Origin: Vairimorpha necatrix
Lineage: Eukaryota
Direction of reading: 5' to 3'
DNA length: 64,000 bases
NCBI GenBank assembly: GCA_036630325.1
Contig: CP142731.1
Coordinates: 372,001-436,000, forward strand
Shown: in pieces, positions 25,147-36,898 of the stretch
Layout: the number at the start of each line of letters is the position of its first letter
How positions within the stretch are numbered: the first letter of the stretch is position 1
The notes under the pieces: generated by a model
What the model was told of the DNA's origin: nothing
What the model saw: only the letters and a program-made list of their open reading frames with translations
The model's database searches: none
Program-made: the position numbers and the translations under genes

Positions 25147-27459
25147 ATGAATTTCGTTAAAATATTTGCTCTATTATTATTTATACAGTCATATATTAGA
25201 GTATATGACAAAGAAGAAATTAATAAGAAAATTTATGAGGAACTTAAGAAAATGATGATGAAAAAAATAGAAAAAAAAGAATATGTTGAATTTAATAGCA
25301 GCGAAGAATTTATTAAAGTACATATTTATCTTAATGAAGAAAATCACATTTTAAACATAAATATTGAGAATATCAAAACGCCTGAAGCCAATGCAAGCAT
25401 AGAGAAATTTGAATTTCATTATGATGATAAATCCATTAATGAAATTACTGAATATATTGAATTTTATGTAGAACAATATTCCCAAAAAAAAAATAATGAT
25501 TCTATAATTTTGGTCTACGATAGTGAATGTTTTGAAGCTTGTCCTATCTTGAAAGATGTCATAAAACATATTAAAAGTATTAACGAAAATAGAAAAATAA
25601 ATAATAAATGTTGGGGAGAATATTACAATTACATATGTGCAACAGATTGTTATCTGCTTAAAATGTTAATGGGCATAAAATGCGGTATTGTTTTGAACGA
25701 ATATGATATAAGTATATTTGATTTTCATTTTTATTACATTTCTAAATATAATGACAGATGCATAAGATTTTACATCAAGAAAGGAGAGTTATGTTATTTA
25801 TTTGAATTAAATATTGAGGAACTTAATATTGACGCACTAATATCTTTGAATGATACAAACATAAAGCTAAATAGTGATTTTGATGGGATTATTATAAATA
25901 AATTATTGATATTATGTAAACTATCTGATATGGATGATATTGAGAAATACGAGACAACAACAGAATATATTTTTACACCTAATATGATCAATATCCCCGA
26001 ATTTAACTTCAAACTTGTTATGGAATCAAATAAAATAAGCTTTAATCTTTCTTCTGGTACATACGAATATTTCATTATGAATAAATCAATTAATGAGGAT
26101 TGTAAATTATACATCGAAGAAAAAAAATTTCTTGATGTGAAATTTTTTTTTGAAAACACACCTATAACCCAGAACGTATTAGATGATTTTAAGGCAGTCG
26201 AATTATTGTTCAGAATATTTAGAAATAATAATAAAATAGAATTTCTGATAACTAAAATATTTAAAAATAAGGGTTCTGGCTTAAATTTAATATGCGCACA
26301 TTTACTGTTGTCTATGGAGATAATAAATCAAAATGACCATAATTTATTGTTAAGAGGCAATGAAGAATCAGAAAATGAAGTTATATCAAGGTGTATGGAT
26401 ATTATAAAGAAAAATTATTTAATAATTAATGGATTACAGTTCTATTTATTTAAAAAATGTTTACTCATGGAAGCAGCAAAATTTGTATGCGAAAATAATG
26501 TAGAAGATGATTTGGTATATAAAACTTTGAAAGAAATATATCATCTTAATGAAAAAAAAAATGTTACAAACATAATTGACTTAAGTACTAAAAAAGAAGA
26601 TATATATTTTTTGAAAACAATACAAGAAGCAATACTTACTTATAAAGATCATATTAGATATTACAAATATTCAATTTTGTCACATTTGTGCAGAATAAGT
26701 TTTATGTTTATAGAAATGGATGATTTTTTTGGTAATGCATACGAGCAATATAAACATCAAAAAGATAAGTTTATTCATTTTTTAAAATTGGATAAAAATG
26801 AGGTTGATAAAAATACTAAAATTATAATGAATAATCTATCGAAAAATACAATGATAGAATATAAATATCAAGAGAAAAGAAAACAAAAAAAGAAAACCTT
26901 CCAAAAGCTTAAAGAAATATTCGATAAATATTTATTAGGCGAGGAATTAAGTAAAATTATAGAAAATTCTCAAAATTTAGATATTAAAAATATTTATATG
27001 GAAAAAATAAGGTCAAATTTAGAAAATAATTTGATAAGTGAAGGAATACAAAAAATTGAAGCTGCTTTTTATAATTATAAACTGATTAAAGAAGAAAAAT
27101 ATTTTGGACAAATATCTATTGAATTAAAAAAGCTAATGTTCTCGGTGAGCTTAAACGAAGAAGAAGTATTTGAATATAAAATTAAACAAGAAGATTGTTT
27201 TAAGAAAAAAATATATATTGTACTAAAAAATAAGACAATAGAAGCAGGAAAAACGGAACTGTTGAAAATTTTTAAAATTTTATTTAATAGTTTCTTTGAA
27301 AAAGATACAAGTAAAAGAGAGAAGAATGAAAAATACTTGGAAACTATAAAATTGGTTTTGAAGAGGCAACAATTAGAAGATTTTATAAATGAGGAACTTG
27401 GTTTAGATCTCCATAGCGAATTGGTAAAAGTACTCAAAATGTATGACCAAACTGAATAA
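25147..27459 (+). CDS. Hypothetical secreted protein (770 aa)
   Basis: Long ORF, CCC before ATG, signal-peptide-like MNFVKIFALLLFIQS; no family recognised. Confidence 0.85.
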   Translation: MNFVKIFALLLFIQSYIRVYDKEEINKKIYEELKKMMMKKIEKKEYVEFNSSEEFIKVHIYLNEENHILNINIENIKTPEANASIEKFEFHYDDKSINEITEYIEFYVEQYSQKKNNDSIILVYDSECFEACPILKDVIKHIKSINENRKINNKCWGEYYNYICATDCYLLKMLMGIKCGIVLNEYDISIFDFHFYYISKYNDRCIRFYIKKGELCYLFELNIEELNIDALISLNDTNIKLNSDFDGIIINKLLILCKLSDMDDIEKYETTTEYIFTPNMINIPEFNFKLVMESNKISFNLSSGTYEYFIMNKSINEDCKLYIEEKKFLDVKFFFENTPITQNVLDDFKAVELLFRIFRNNNKIEFLITKIFKNKGSGLNLICAHLLLSMEIINQNDHNLLLRGNEESENEVISRCMDIIKKNYLIINGLQFYLFKKCLLMEAAKFVCENNVEDDLVYKTLKEIYHLNEKKNVTNIIDLSTKKEDIYFLKTIQEAILTYKDHIRYYKYSILSHLCRISFMFIEMDDFFGNAYEQYKHQKDKFIHFLKLDKNEVDKNTKIIMNNLSKNTMIEYKYQEKRKQKKKTFQKLKEIFDKYLLGEELSKIIENSQNLDIKNIYMEKIRSNLENNLISEGIQKIEAAFYNYKLIKEEKYFGQISIELKKLMFSVSLNEEEVFEYKIKQEDCFKKKIYIVLKNKTIEAGKTELLKIFKILFNSFFEKDTSKREKNEKYLETIKLVLKRQQLEDFINEELGLDLHSELVKVLKMYDQTE

Positions 27460-27515
27460 AACAATTTATTTTTTTTTTGTAAACATATAAATATATGTCT
27501 ATTTTAGCATGTTAT

Positions 27516-29414
27516 AATTCTTAGAAGTGACTGTTAAAAGGTGGCACATTGAGATAAAATCAGGATCGGAAACGATACTGAATAAGAAGATTGAAAGAGG
27601 GATATTACAAGGGGATTCCTTGTCGTTGCTTTTGTTTGTACTATGTATGGACCCGTTGAGCAGGAAACTGAATTCAACTTACCCAAAAGTAGAAATACAG
27701 ACCCACGAAAGTGTTTATGTAACAAACCAATTTCTATTTATTGATGACCTAAAGCTCCTCGCAGAGAACGATGACGTTTTAAAACTGATGAAAGAGGAGA
27801 CTAAAAAGGTTTTCTCTGCTGTAGGTTTAGAAATGAACAGGAGTAAGTCTGCAACTAACTGTAATGAGTGTAGTGAAGATGCAGTAGTACTAGAATACTT
27901 TTAAGGATACAAATACCTTGGAATAACAGAAGATGCCTCTAGTGCTATCAAAAGAGAGACTTTTGAAAAATTAAGAAGCGAGATCAACAGAGGGGTGAAA
28001 AACTGTGCAAGAATCAATTAGATGGTAAGAATATAATTCAAGCTATCAATGAGCATGCAATATCAGTAATAAACTATCATATAGGATTTATAAAATTAGA
28101 ACCAATAGATTTAAAAATCGAGATTTTGATATCCGACAGTTACTTTTTAAGTACCAGGTCCATCTACGGCAAGCCTGAAAGGAAAGACTATACCTACCTA
28201 GATCCGAAATGGGAAGAGGCCTCATAAGTATCGAAGATAGAGCCGGAAGTATGCTTCTGAATATATATAAAACCTTAGATGGGTCTAGAAATAGCTCACT
28301 AAGACGGGCAGCGATACTTAAAGCAGAAGCCGATAGCAAATCTAACTTGGATACAATAAGCGAGTATCTAAGGATTAGGTATAGCTTTGTAGGAGAGGTA
28401 ACACAGAAGATGCTAATAGAATTCTAAAAAGAAGCGCTTTACAACAAAATTAACATAAGGACAAACCATGGAAAGTTGTTTAAAGTTAGGGACAATGATT
28501 TAGTAAGCATTAGGGATTCTTCTACCTGGCTGGTTAAAGGAAACAATCGGGCTAGATCCGAAGCAATTTACTGCTTCCTACAGGATAGAAATATCTTCTG
28601 TGGGCAAGAGGGACAATGTCCCCATTGTGGATCTCATAGGAAGACCGTGGATCATTTAGCTACCAAGTGTGATCGAATGTTGGGTTTTGATTATATGAAA
28701 AGACACAACGAGGTAGTTAGATGCATTCATCTCTTACTATGTATTAAATATGGGTTTAAGAAGACAAAGAAAATACGTGGACACTCAGTACAAGGGATCA
28801 TGGAAAATGATCGTGCAGAAATAAGAGTAGATACGAGAATATCCACTAGTATAAAGGTGACCCATAATAAGCCTGATATTCTAGTGTTTGACAAGAAGAA
28901 GAAAGAAATTTTAATAGTTGAAGTAGGTATAACCAACCAGGATCGACTTACTATAGTTGAGAATGAAAAACTAAGAAAACATGACCTTCTTGCAAATGAA
29001 CTGGGACTAATACATAAATCCCGGACAAGAATAGTTCCTTATGTAATGACATGGGATGGAGTGGTGACCAAATATCACAGAAAGTACATCAGGGAGCTAG
29101 AAATCCAACCCTACCTGGAAGCATATATCCAATCTATTGTGATGAAGAAGACTCTAGAGTCCATCTCTTTGGAACGACGACGAGGATAAGATCAGGAGGA
29201 TGCAGAAGAAGTGGCTAGAGCTGTAAGCGCACTAGCGAATATGGCGACTGTTAAAGAAGTGGTGCCGGCAAAGGGGAATGAAGCTGAAAAAGTGAATAAT
29301 TCCACAGAAACCAAAGTCTGTGAAAAAGCCGAATCCCATGAGCGATACCGGGGAAAGCTGTGCTATGAATATCTAATCTTAATGCTAAATTAACTCAATA
29401 AATCTTTTATTTTT
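27516..29414 (+). mobile_element. 5'-truncated R4/Dong-like non-LTR retrotransposon (RT + CCHC + REL endonuclease), 14-bp TSD
   Basis: GILQGDSLS, FIDD, YKYLG, YLPRSEMGRGL, CPHC..H..C, RHNEV, KPDILVFD..E..K. TTTTAGCATGTTAT at 27502-27515 and 29415-29428. Stops and frameshifts. Confidence 0.93.
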
Positions 29415-32400
29415 TTTTAGCATGTTATTATTTGATTTCACAAAAAAAGATATCATGCTATACCTTATTATTTTAATAAACACAAATTTTTCTTAACAGT
29501 AATTTATAATAATAAAAAATTCAGCAATCAACTTAAATACCATGTATTGTAAAACTAATTGTAATGCGAGCTCCGCTTGCAGCTCGTTGCTTTTAAATTT
29601 TTTTTATTTTTATTGATTCTTATAAATCTCATGCGATGACGAAGAGCTAGAATATTCGCTTTTTTTTCATGATTGATTAATGTAATTGGTAATATTTGTT
29701 AGGATAAAGTAAATATATTATATCACTTTTCTTATTTGGACATTTATTCTTAGGCAGACACTTTATGATATGTAATTCGTCTGTCCCCGATGACGTATTT
29801 GTTTACGTCGACTATTTGGCTGTATTAAAATACGTCAGCCGATGTAAGAGGGTCTTAAATTATCGTAAAAGCACTTAATAAATGTCGTATGGAATAGTAA
29901 TATCGCTCTTTAAAATTTTCAACCCCCAACCCAAATTCTTTATCCTAATGAAATATATATAATGGGGGGGGGGGTTGTCATATTAAGTTAGATAAATTTC
30001 TTATGCTAATTTTCTCTGATTGTTTTATCTCGGCCTTTATTTACAACGTAATTCGCTTAAAAAATATAGATCTAGCATGTTTTGTGTTTTATTTCTTTTA
30101 CTGAAATTCGGCAAACGATTAAAGGTAACGATGATGTATAGATAGCCCTTGTTAACATATCATAACAATATTTTATTATTTTAAACGTATTTTTTGATGT
30201 TGGAACCAACACAAAAACAACTTATCCACATTTACAAGTATAATATTATATTAATTTATATGTGTCTGATTTTTAATAAACAGGAAAACAGTGACTTCTG
30301 TTTTTTTACGCATTAAATGAAGAATAATCGAAGATTTTTTTGTCAATTCCCATGGTTCACGAGTTTTTAGCATCTTTAGCATTTTAAAAATAGAGGTCAA
30401 CGAGAATTATTTGTATAGTAAAAATAAAATAGAGAAATTTGATAACTGAACAATGATGTAAGAAGGACAAAATGGATCTTAGCCCCTTTTTTATACTAGT
30501 TTTTTTGCTAACAGTAAATATAAATTTTATCTAAAATATGAATCAGAAGCGCTTGGCAAGTGTTTTCGTCGTTTTATATTGGAAAATTACAACTGCTCAG
30601 ATCTCATACCATATATTTATCAGTATAACAGGCTCCAATGTTTCTATTTGACTTTGGTTCCAGATAAATCGGCTATCATTTGTATCAATATCGAGTCCAA
30701 AAGTATTCACAGCAGATAAAATCAACGGTTACGGCGCATCCTTCGAAAAAAGATACCATTTACAAACACGGAAGACATCATTATATCACCATCTCGTACA
30801 CGCATTTTTGCCCCGCCACGTCATTAACTCGGCATTTTGTGAACTGAATTGATAATTTGTAATTCAAGTTCTGTAGCTTATTTCAAAATCCCTTATAAAG
30901 TGGTCGAACGAGCTTTATAATCTACTTCGCCAAGTATTAAATTTAACTAAAAGGATACCTACAACATAGACTGTCAAATGAATCTTGTAGCCCATGTAGT
31001 GAAGGCGGTCATTAAAGTAAAACCGAGTCTACATTATTTCTGTCATTTGATTGCGTTCCTAAAACAGAAGATGTTCTCTCTCTTTCTTAACTTCGAAAAT
31101 TGCATAACTAAAAAATGATGTCCATGTACACATTTCATAATTTGAATTATACAAATCCTTTTATAACTTATAATGTGCTGTTATTGTCGGAATTTTTTAC
31201 GTTTCTTTTTGCATTCTAATAATATCTTCGAACACTACACTAAAGCTGCTGTATTACATAAATGCATAATAAAAATTCATTTTCTAAATTAAAAATATCA
31301 TATAATCAAAACACAATTTGGTGATTAATTGTCATAAAACATTTAGTACAAGAGAAGACAATATAAATTTCGATTTTGTAAGAATGTTCATTTCGCCTAT
31401 TTCCAGATACGAGAGGTTATAATGTAATACATAATTCAAGGAAGATTTTTGCTAATTTCTAAAAAAATATGCATTTTTTATAAATGATGTAAAACTAGAA
31501 GAAACCTATATAAATTTATTTCGCTTACTTTACTTTTCCGAATATTTCCGACTAATAATTAAAGATGACAAGTAATGTTTTATATTATGAATTTTCCTTT
31601 TTTATGGCCTAAATATTCTAATTATGTACCAAAATGTTATCTGAATTAGAAGACATAATGCAATTGTGTGATAACTATAAATACTTATTGTTGAGAATAT
31701 ATATTTTTAATAAATTTAACCCCTAACTTACCTTTATCTTTAACACTTTTTTTTTTTTTTTTATTATTGGTCGTTTTTTTGTTGAACAACAAATATAAAT
31801 TGTATTTTAATTATGCTTGTATAATGATTTATAAATAAAATTTAAAAAGCAATTTTTTTAAAAAAATATAACGAAAATATGACCCGAACAATTTAAATAA
31901 GTATCTGAAGGTCTGAGAATGCCGAGATTATAAATCACTCTGAACACCGAATTTAGCGCATAATAAAAGTATCTCCAAATAATATTTTTATGAACTTTTT
32001 TCTGAGAAGACATTTAAAAGTTCGATAGAATGATAATGACGGGAGAATATAAACCAAAGATAAAATATGAATACCTCTCTTAAGCTCAATCTTTTACGTC
32101 TAAGATGAAAAATTTCGTTTATTATTTTGAATGATTTATTTGATAGAACTTGTACATCTTAGTTTTAATTTCGAGCTTAATTTTTCCTTAAAAAATAATG
32201 ATTTCTGCAAAAGATTGTAGGACTTAAACGTCTAATTTTGATTTTTTGTATGTTTATGGAGATTTTTACGTATTTGATAATAATACCTCGTTTATATAAC
32301 TATAATTTAGTATTGTTTTATATAAAAGATTTATTTAGTGAGAATTTTATATGCAGATTATACATTTATAATACATACGATTTATGTATAAAAGAAACTT

Positions 32401-32751
32401 TAATATCATACATATAAATATTATATTGTATAAAAATATAAGCCCTATTGAAATAGCACACAAAATATAGAGTATTCTGTTAATTTTTTCAACATGTTAT
32501 ATTTTTTTCTGAAAAAAATAAAAATACAATGTAAAATTTAAGTTATTTATAACAATGTTGAGTAAGAACAATGACGTAAATATAAAAATTAAATAATAAT
32601 TTACATTGCATGTTTATTAAGATATTTGCGACAATTTTAAAATGAATTCATTTGGCCTTGATAATCAAAGGTTGTTGGACAGTTTGTTCTACTGCCGATG
32701 TTTCTCTCTATTTACATTTCTTATTTAATTGGTTAATTTTTTTTTTATTTT

Positions 32752-33424
32752 ATGTTTTTTTGCTTTTTAATAGTGCTGAAACGTAGTAATTTTTGCGATA
32801 TTGGAACAACAGAAAAAATTTAACCTCAAATTTAATATAATACCCGCGATAGACACCAATATTCAATCCAAAAATATGTTTATAATAATGCGGGTGTCAT
32901 TAAAAAATACAACGTATTTCTAAAGACACATTATTCCTATATGATGAAATTTTTAATATTCAATGAAAATGTATCGGATTTGTTATATTGTGATTATGAA
33001 TATAAAGATGATAATAATATGTTATTTAGAAATTAATGTGAAACAATTGAGATAAGATATTGTTTAACTAATCAGAAAGGTGGTTTAATTTTACTGATTT
33101 CAAAAAGGTTAAAAGATATTTAACAATATTGAAGATTTGAAGTCAAAAAAAAAGTTTACGCCGACCATTTAATATCCAAATTTTTTTCTAAATATCAAAA
33201 TTGCGCTTATACATCATATCGACTGTGTGATATCACAAAAAGTTTGTATGCACAGATGTGCAAAAAATCTAAATATAACCCACATATATACATGATACTT
33301 TATTTAACTAATTTTGTAAAACGTTAACGAAAAACTAGATTTTAGACAATTTAAAACAATATAATGATAAATAAATTTTTTTAGAAAACAAATATTATCA
33401 TAATCTTGACTTGAGAAAATGTGG
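32752..33424 (+). pseudogene. Pseudogene paralog of 39159-39848
   Basis: Nucleotide alignment to 39159-39848 (e.g. ATACAACGTATTTCTAAA, TATCGACTGTGTGATA); frameshifts and stops; CCC before ATG lost. Confidence 0.85.
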
Positions 33425-34397
33425 CAAATGTGGCAGATAACTTTGGAAGATTGTCTAAAATGAATAATTATGTTTTTCGCCGTTGAGAGATCTTATAAGA
33501 ACTCATATTGTTTTAAAAACATTTGTTTGTTTGTTGCATAAGAATAATGACAAAAAAACCTAAGATGTTATTAAGTAAATCCTAAAATTTCTCAGAAAAA
33601 AGTAAAAAACGGTTGATTAATTATATCATAAGGTTTAGAAGCTTGTTCTTAAATTATAATACTATAATTATACAGATAACTGTGATATTATTTTATATAA
33701 AACATATTTGTGGACGGCGAATAGTCGGACGGAACAGATTGTCTTCTTGACATCTGCAACATAATAATGATAAAAAAAAAATTTCAAAATTAAATAGAAT
33801 GCATCTTCATATTAACGAGGATGGGCAATAGTAAAAAGTATACATTAAAACCTCATATTTCGGTTAAAGTCAACACATATGATTATAAAACGATGTAAAA
33901 TTCGTGTAGATGTCTTGTAAACTATAAGTTGATATCCTCTTAAAATAATAAGTAAATTTTTTATTTTTCTACTTTTGACATATCTTTATGAATTTAAAAG
34001 AAATACAAAGTAGTGTTTAAATACAGTAAATTTCTTGTTGCAATTTTAGAATCTAAAATTGATATTACTGAACCCCCACATGAACTCTAAAATTAGTTTT
34101 TGTTCGTTTTCAAACTTTGATTTCAATGAGACAGTCTATTTTGAAAATTATACAATCTCGCGCTTCGTTTTTTTTAAAACTTTTTGTTGGTTATATAAAA
34201 AAAATTTATCTAATACTTTTGTAATTTAATTATTATTCGACTCTAATTAATTTTTTAATCTCTTATATATTATTTAAATAAATTGTATTCATAGCGATAA
34301 TACATATATAAATATATAAAAAATGCTACAATGAATGTTCTAAATTAAATAGGAATGAAAGTAAAACTACAATAAAGAAAGTAAATAAAAAAATTTA

Positions 34398-35060
34398 TTA
34401 AAGTATAAAAGTTTGAACATATTTAGAAAACATAAGTTCGGCAGGTGATATGAATTTTAGTTCTTCTTCGGTGGTCTGTATAGATTTTCCGAGAAGTTTA
34501 TTAATCAAATTTTCTTCATATTGGATTTGTGAATCAAAAATGCAAGCTTCAATGAGTAATCTATTGTTAAGTATTATAAATTTGTCTCGTTCACTCAAAT
34601 TAAATAAAACATTTCCATCAACATTTTCCACGGAAAACAATAATAACTTTTTTAACCAATCATTTCCCGTTGATTTTTCTTGATTCTTTTTTAAAGGAGT
34701 TTCCGATTTTGTCAGTTTTAAATCAAGTAATCTATACTCTAACGCATTTTGATTTATAGAATTTCTTTGGTTTTTGAAAACAACAACACCACTTTCAAAT
34801 GTTTTATAATTTTTTAATATTGAATAAAAAGAAATATATAATAGACGCAATATTTCCTTATCAATATCTGGATTAAGTTTTTTTATTTTGTTGATACGTG
34901 ATGTAATATTTAATTCAGTTATTCGATCTGGATATATTTTTATTCTATTTTTTTTGCAACAAAATTTTATAAATTTAAAAATTAGATACAAACAAATAGC
35001 AACAAAACAAATCAAGCATGCATCTAAAATCAACTCTTTTGTCACTGACCCGATTTTCAT
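34398..35060 (-). CDS. Hypothetical protein with N-terminal TM anchor (220 aa), paralog of 40578-41243
   Basis: Intact ORF, CCCC before ATG, strong protein similarity to the paralog. Confidence 0.85.
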   Translation of the reverse strand: MKIGSVTKELILDACLICFVAICLYLIFKFIKFCCKKNRIKIYPDRITELNITSRINKIKKLNPDIDKEILRLLYISFYSILKNYKTFESGVVVFKNQRNSINQNALEYRLLDLKLTKSETPLKKNQEKSTGNDWLKKLLLFSVENVDGNVLFNLSERDKFIILNNRLLIEACIFDSQIQYEENLINKLLGKSIQTTEEELKFISPAELMFSKYVQTFIL

Positions 35061-35676
35061 AGGGGTTAAATTTTACATTATGTAACCCGCCAAAAACTTA
35101 CCTCCTTTTTCAATAGTTGATCGAAGATAATTTTTTTTCTTTTCAAATTTGAAAAGTATTTTGATTTGGGGTTGCTATGTTTTGATTTAAAAGTTTAGTT
35201 TATTTCGTAAAATCATCAAATTGTTAGTTAGTGCTTATTAAGTAATACAACAAACTAGTGTCTTAATAGAAAATATAATAACAAAGTTACTTTATCATAA
35301 ATTAAAAAAATCGAAAATGTCTGTATGTAAAAAATATTGTTGTCTTATACAATAAAAATATAAAGCCATACTTGTCAGTAACTAAAAGAGAGACTTCGTA
35401 ATGGAATTTAAAATTGTTTTATATTCATTGTCGCGCACCCGGCGCGTCCGGATTTTTTTGTAAAAAAATTGTCCATAAGCATAGAATGTGTTTAATCTAA
35501 CTTTTCATTTGGGGTTTAAAATGTATTATAGACAAGGTTCTATACAAAATGAGATTATTTTTATAGAAACACTTTACTAACACACATTTACATTATGTAC
35601 ATGAAAACATGAAATTTAGATTTTTAAATTAAAAATAGTTTTTTTCAAATTGGGGCATGCTTTATGTGATTTTATA

Positions 35677-36470
35677 GAGGTGCCATTAGCACAGTGGTAG
35701 AATGCAATGCTTCCATTGAGCAATGGCTGAATTCGATTCCCAGGGGCACCAAAATTGTTTCTACTTTCTATGATGCAGTTGGAACAACTCAGATGATGAA
35801 AATGTCCACGATAATCATTAAGTTGATTCAATGAAACTTGTGTGTGTCCAGCCACAAGGGGATTAGCATCTTGTGTAGAAACGCACCTCAAGGCCAAAAA
35901 GCAGTATCACTCTTTGGTGACTTAATGATACATAAAAGTATCTAATGGGTACGGCCTAGTTGGAGCCCATGGCTGGTGCACTCTAGAGTGGGATTCTAGA
36001 GCTAACTAAGAGACTAGACGAAGTAGGGCAATAGAAGGTCTCATGGACCCTATCCTACATGATTCTGTAACACGGTGGCCGAAACTAGTGGGAGACTGGT
36101 GGTCAACGCAGCCCAATAAAAACGCCGGGCTGGGGATGTGGTCGTGTAAGGAGCCGTGTGTGCAATACGGATGATTGTAGGGACCTTTGAGTCAGTACGA
36201 TGATGTCTCTCCTCGGGTTATAGATAACCATGCCCATTAAGTATATCCGCTGTGAGGTCACTCTGGACGCGATTTGAGGTATAAATGGAAAGTGTTCTCC
36301 TGGAGCCAAAGTCCAATGGATACGGCGGAGCTTGCTGCACCGGCAAGTGTATGGAGGGAGTTTTAGTGAGTAAGAATCTCACAGTACCAGTTGGATGAGG
36401 ATCACACCCAAATCCCTCTGGTCCCTATGTAAGGTTTCTCCCTACCTCTTACTTGCAAGAAAAAAAAAAA
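35677..36470 (+). mobile_element. tRNA-derived SINE (794 bp) with poly(A) tail and 14-bp TSD
   Basis: tRNA-like head 35679-35751: GGTGCC/GGCACC acceptor stem, A-box TAGCACAGTGG, B-box-like ATTCGATTCC. A-tail at ~36460-36470. TATGTGATTTTATA at 35663-35676 and 36471-36484. Confidence 0.9.
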
Positions 36471-36898
36471 TATGTGATTTTATAAGCGCGTTAAGATTAT
36501 AACAAAGAGCAGTTGTCTAATAATTCTTTAAGCTATTTATTAATTTGCATATGCATCAAAAAAATTATTTTTACAAATTTATGGGTACATTGCATTCCAT
36601 ATTTTTTATTTCATTTTACATTAATTAGCCCTATTTTTTTTGTTTGATTTTTCTAGATTAGCTTCAGAATTTCTTAGAACTTAATTAAACCTCATTTTAT
36701 AAGAATTTTTTAAACAATAAAAAAAATAAAAAGAATTTTATAAATTAACTTACACAATTTTTTCTACATGAAAAAGCTTTAACATCAAGTATTGATTATT
36801 ATAAATAAGTTAGAAAAATTTAAAAAAGAAAAATTGATGTTGTGTCTAATTAAAAAGTTTTAGAAAGAAATGAAAAAAATTTGAGTTCACAAAATAAT

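Larger units (their letters stand above)
31905..35292 (+). repeat. Segmental duplication copy A (~3.4 kb; copy B at ~38306-41472)
   Basis: Collinear similarity from GAAGGTCTGAG...TCTGAACACCGAA to TAACAAAGTTACT, covering both genes and intergenic DNA; boundaries approximate. Confidence 0.85.

Noticed and set aside
30480-31270. Slightly GC-richer stretch with coding-like fragments on the minus strand (e.g. AVNTFGLDIDTNDSRFI)
   Set aside because: Broken by stops; no family confidently recognised; possible old pseudogene
35098-35110. AAGGAGGT as a Shine-Dalgarno sequence
   Set aside because: Eukaryotic context and ~40 bp from the ATG; treated as a promoter motif instead
35679-35751. Functional tRNA gene
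   Set aside because: T-arm mispaired, B-box altered, irregular anticodon arm, no immediate T-run; bounded with a long body by poly(A) and a TSD, so better explained as a SINE head
35616-36309. Minus-strand ORFs 35616-35897 and 36103-36309
   Set aside because: Lie antisense within the SINE, use non-ATG starts, and are expected by chance at higher GC
36151-36455. Group II intron domain V/VI resemblance (GAGCCGTGTG..., CCCTACCTCTTAC)
   Set aside because: The DV stem is incomplete and the two pieces are ~280 bp apart; poly(A) and TSD indicate a retroposon
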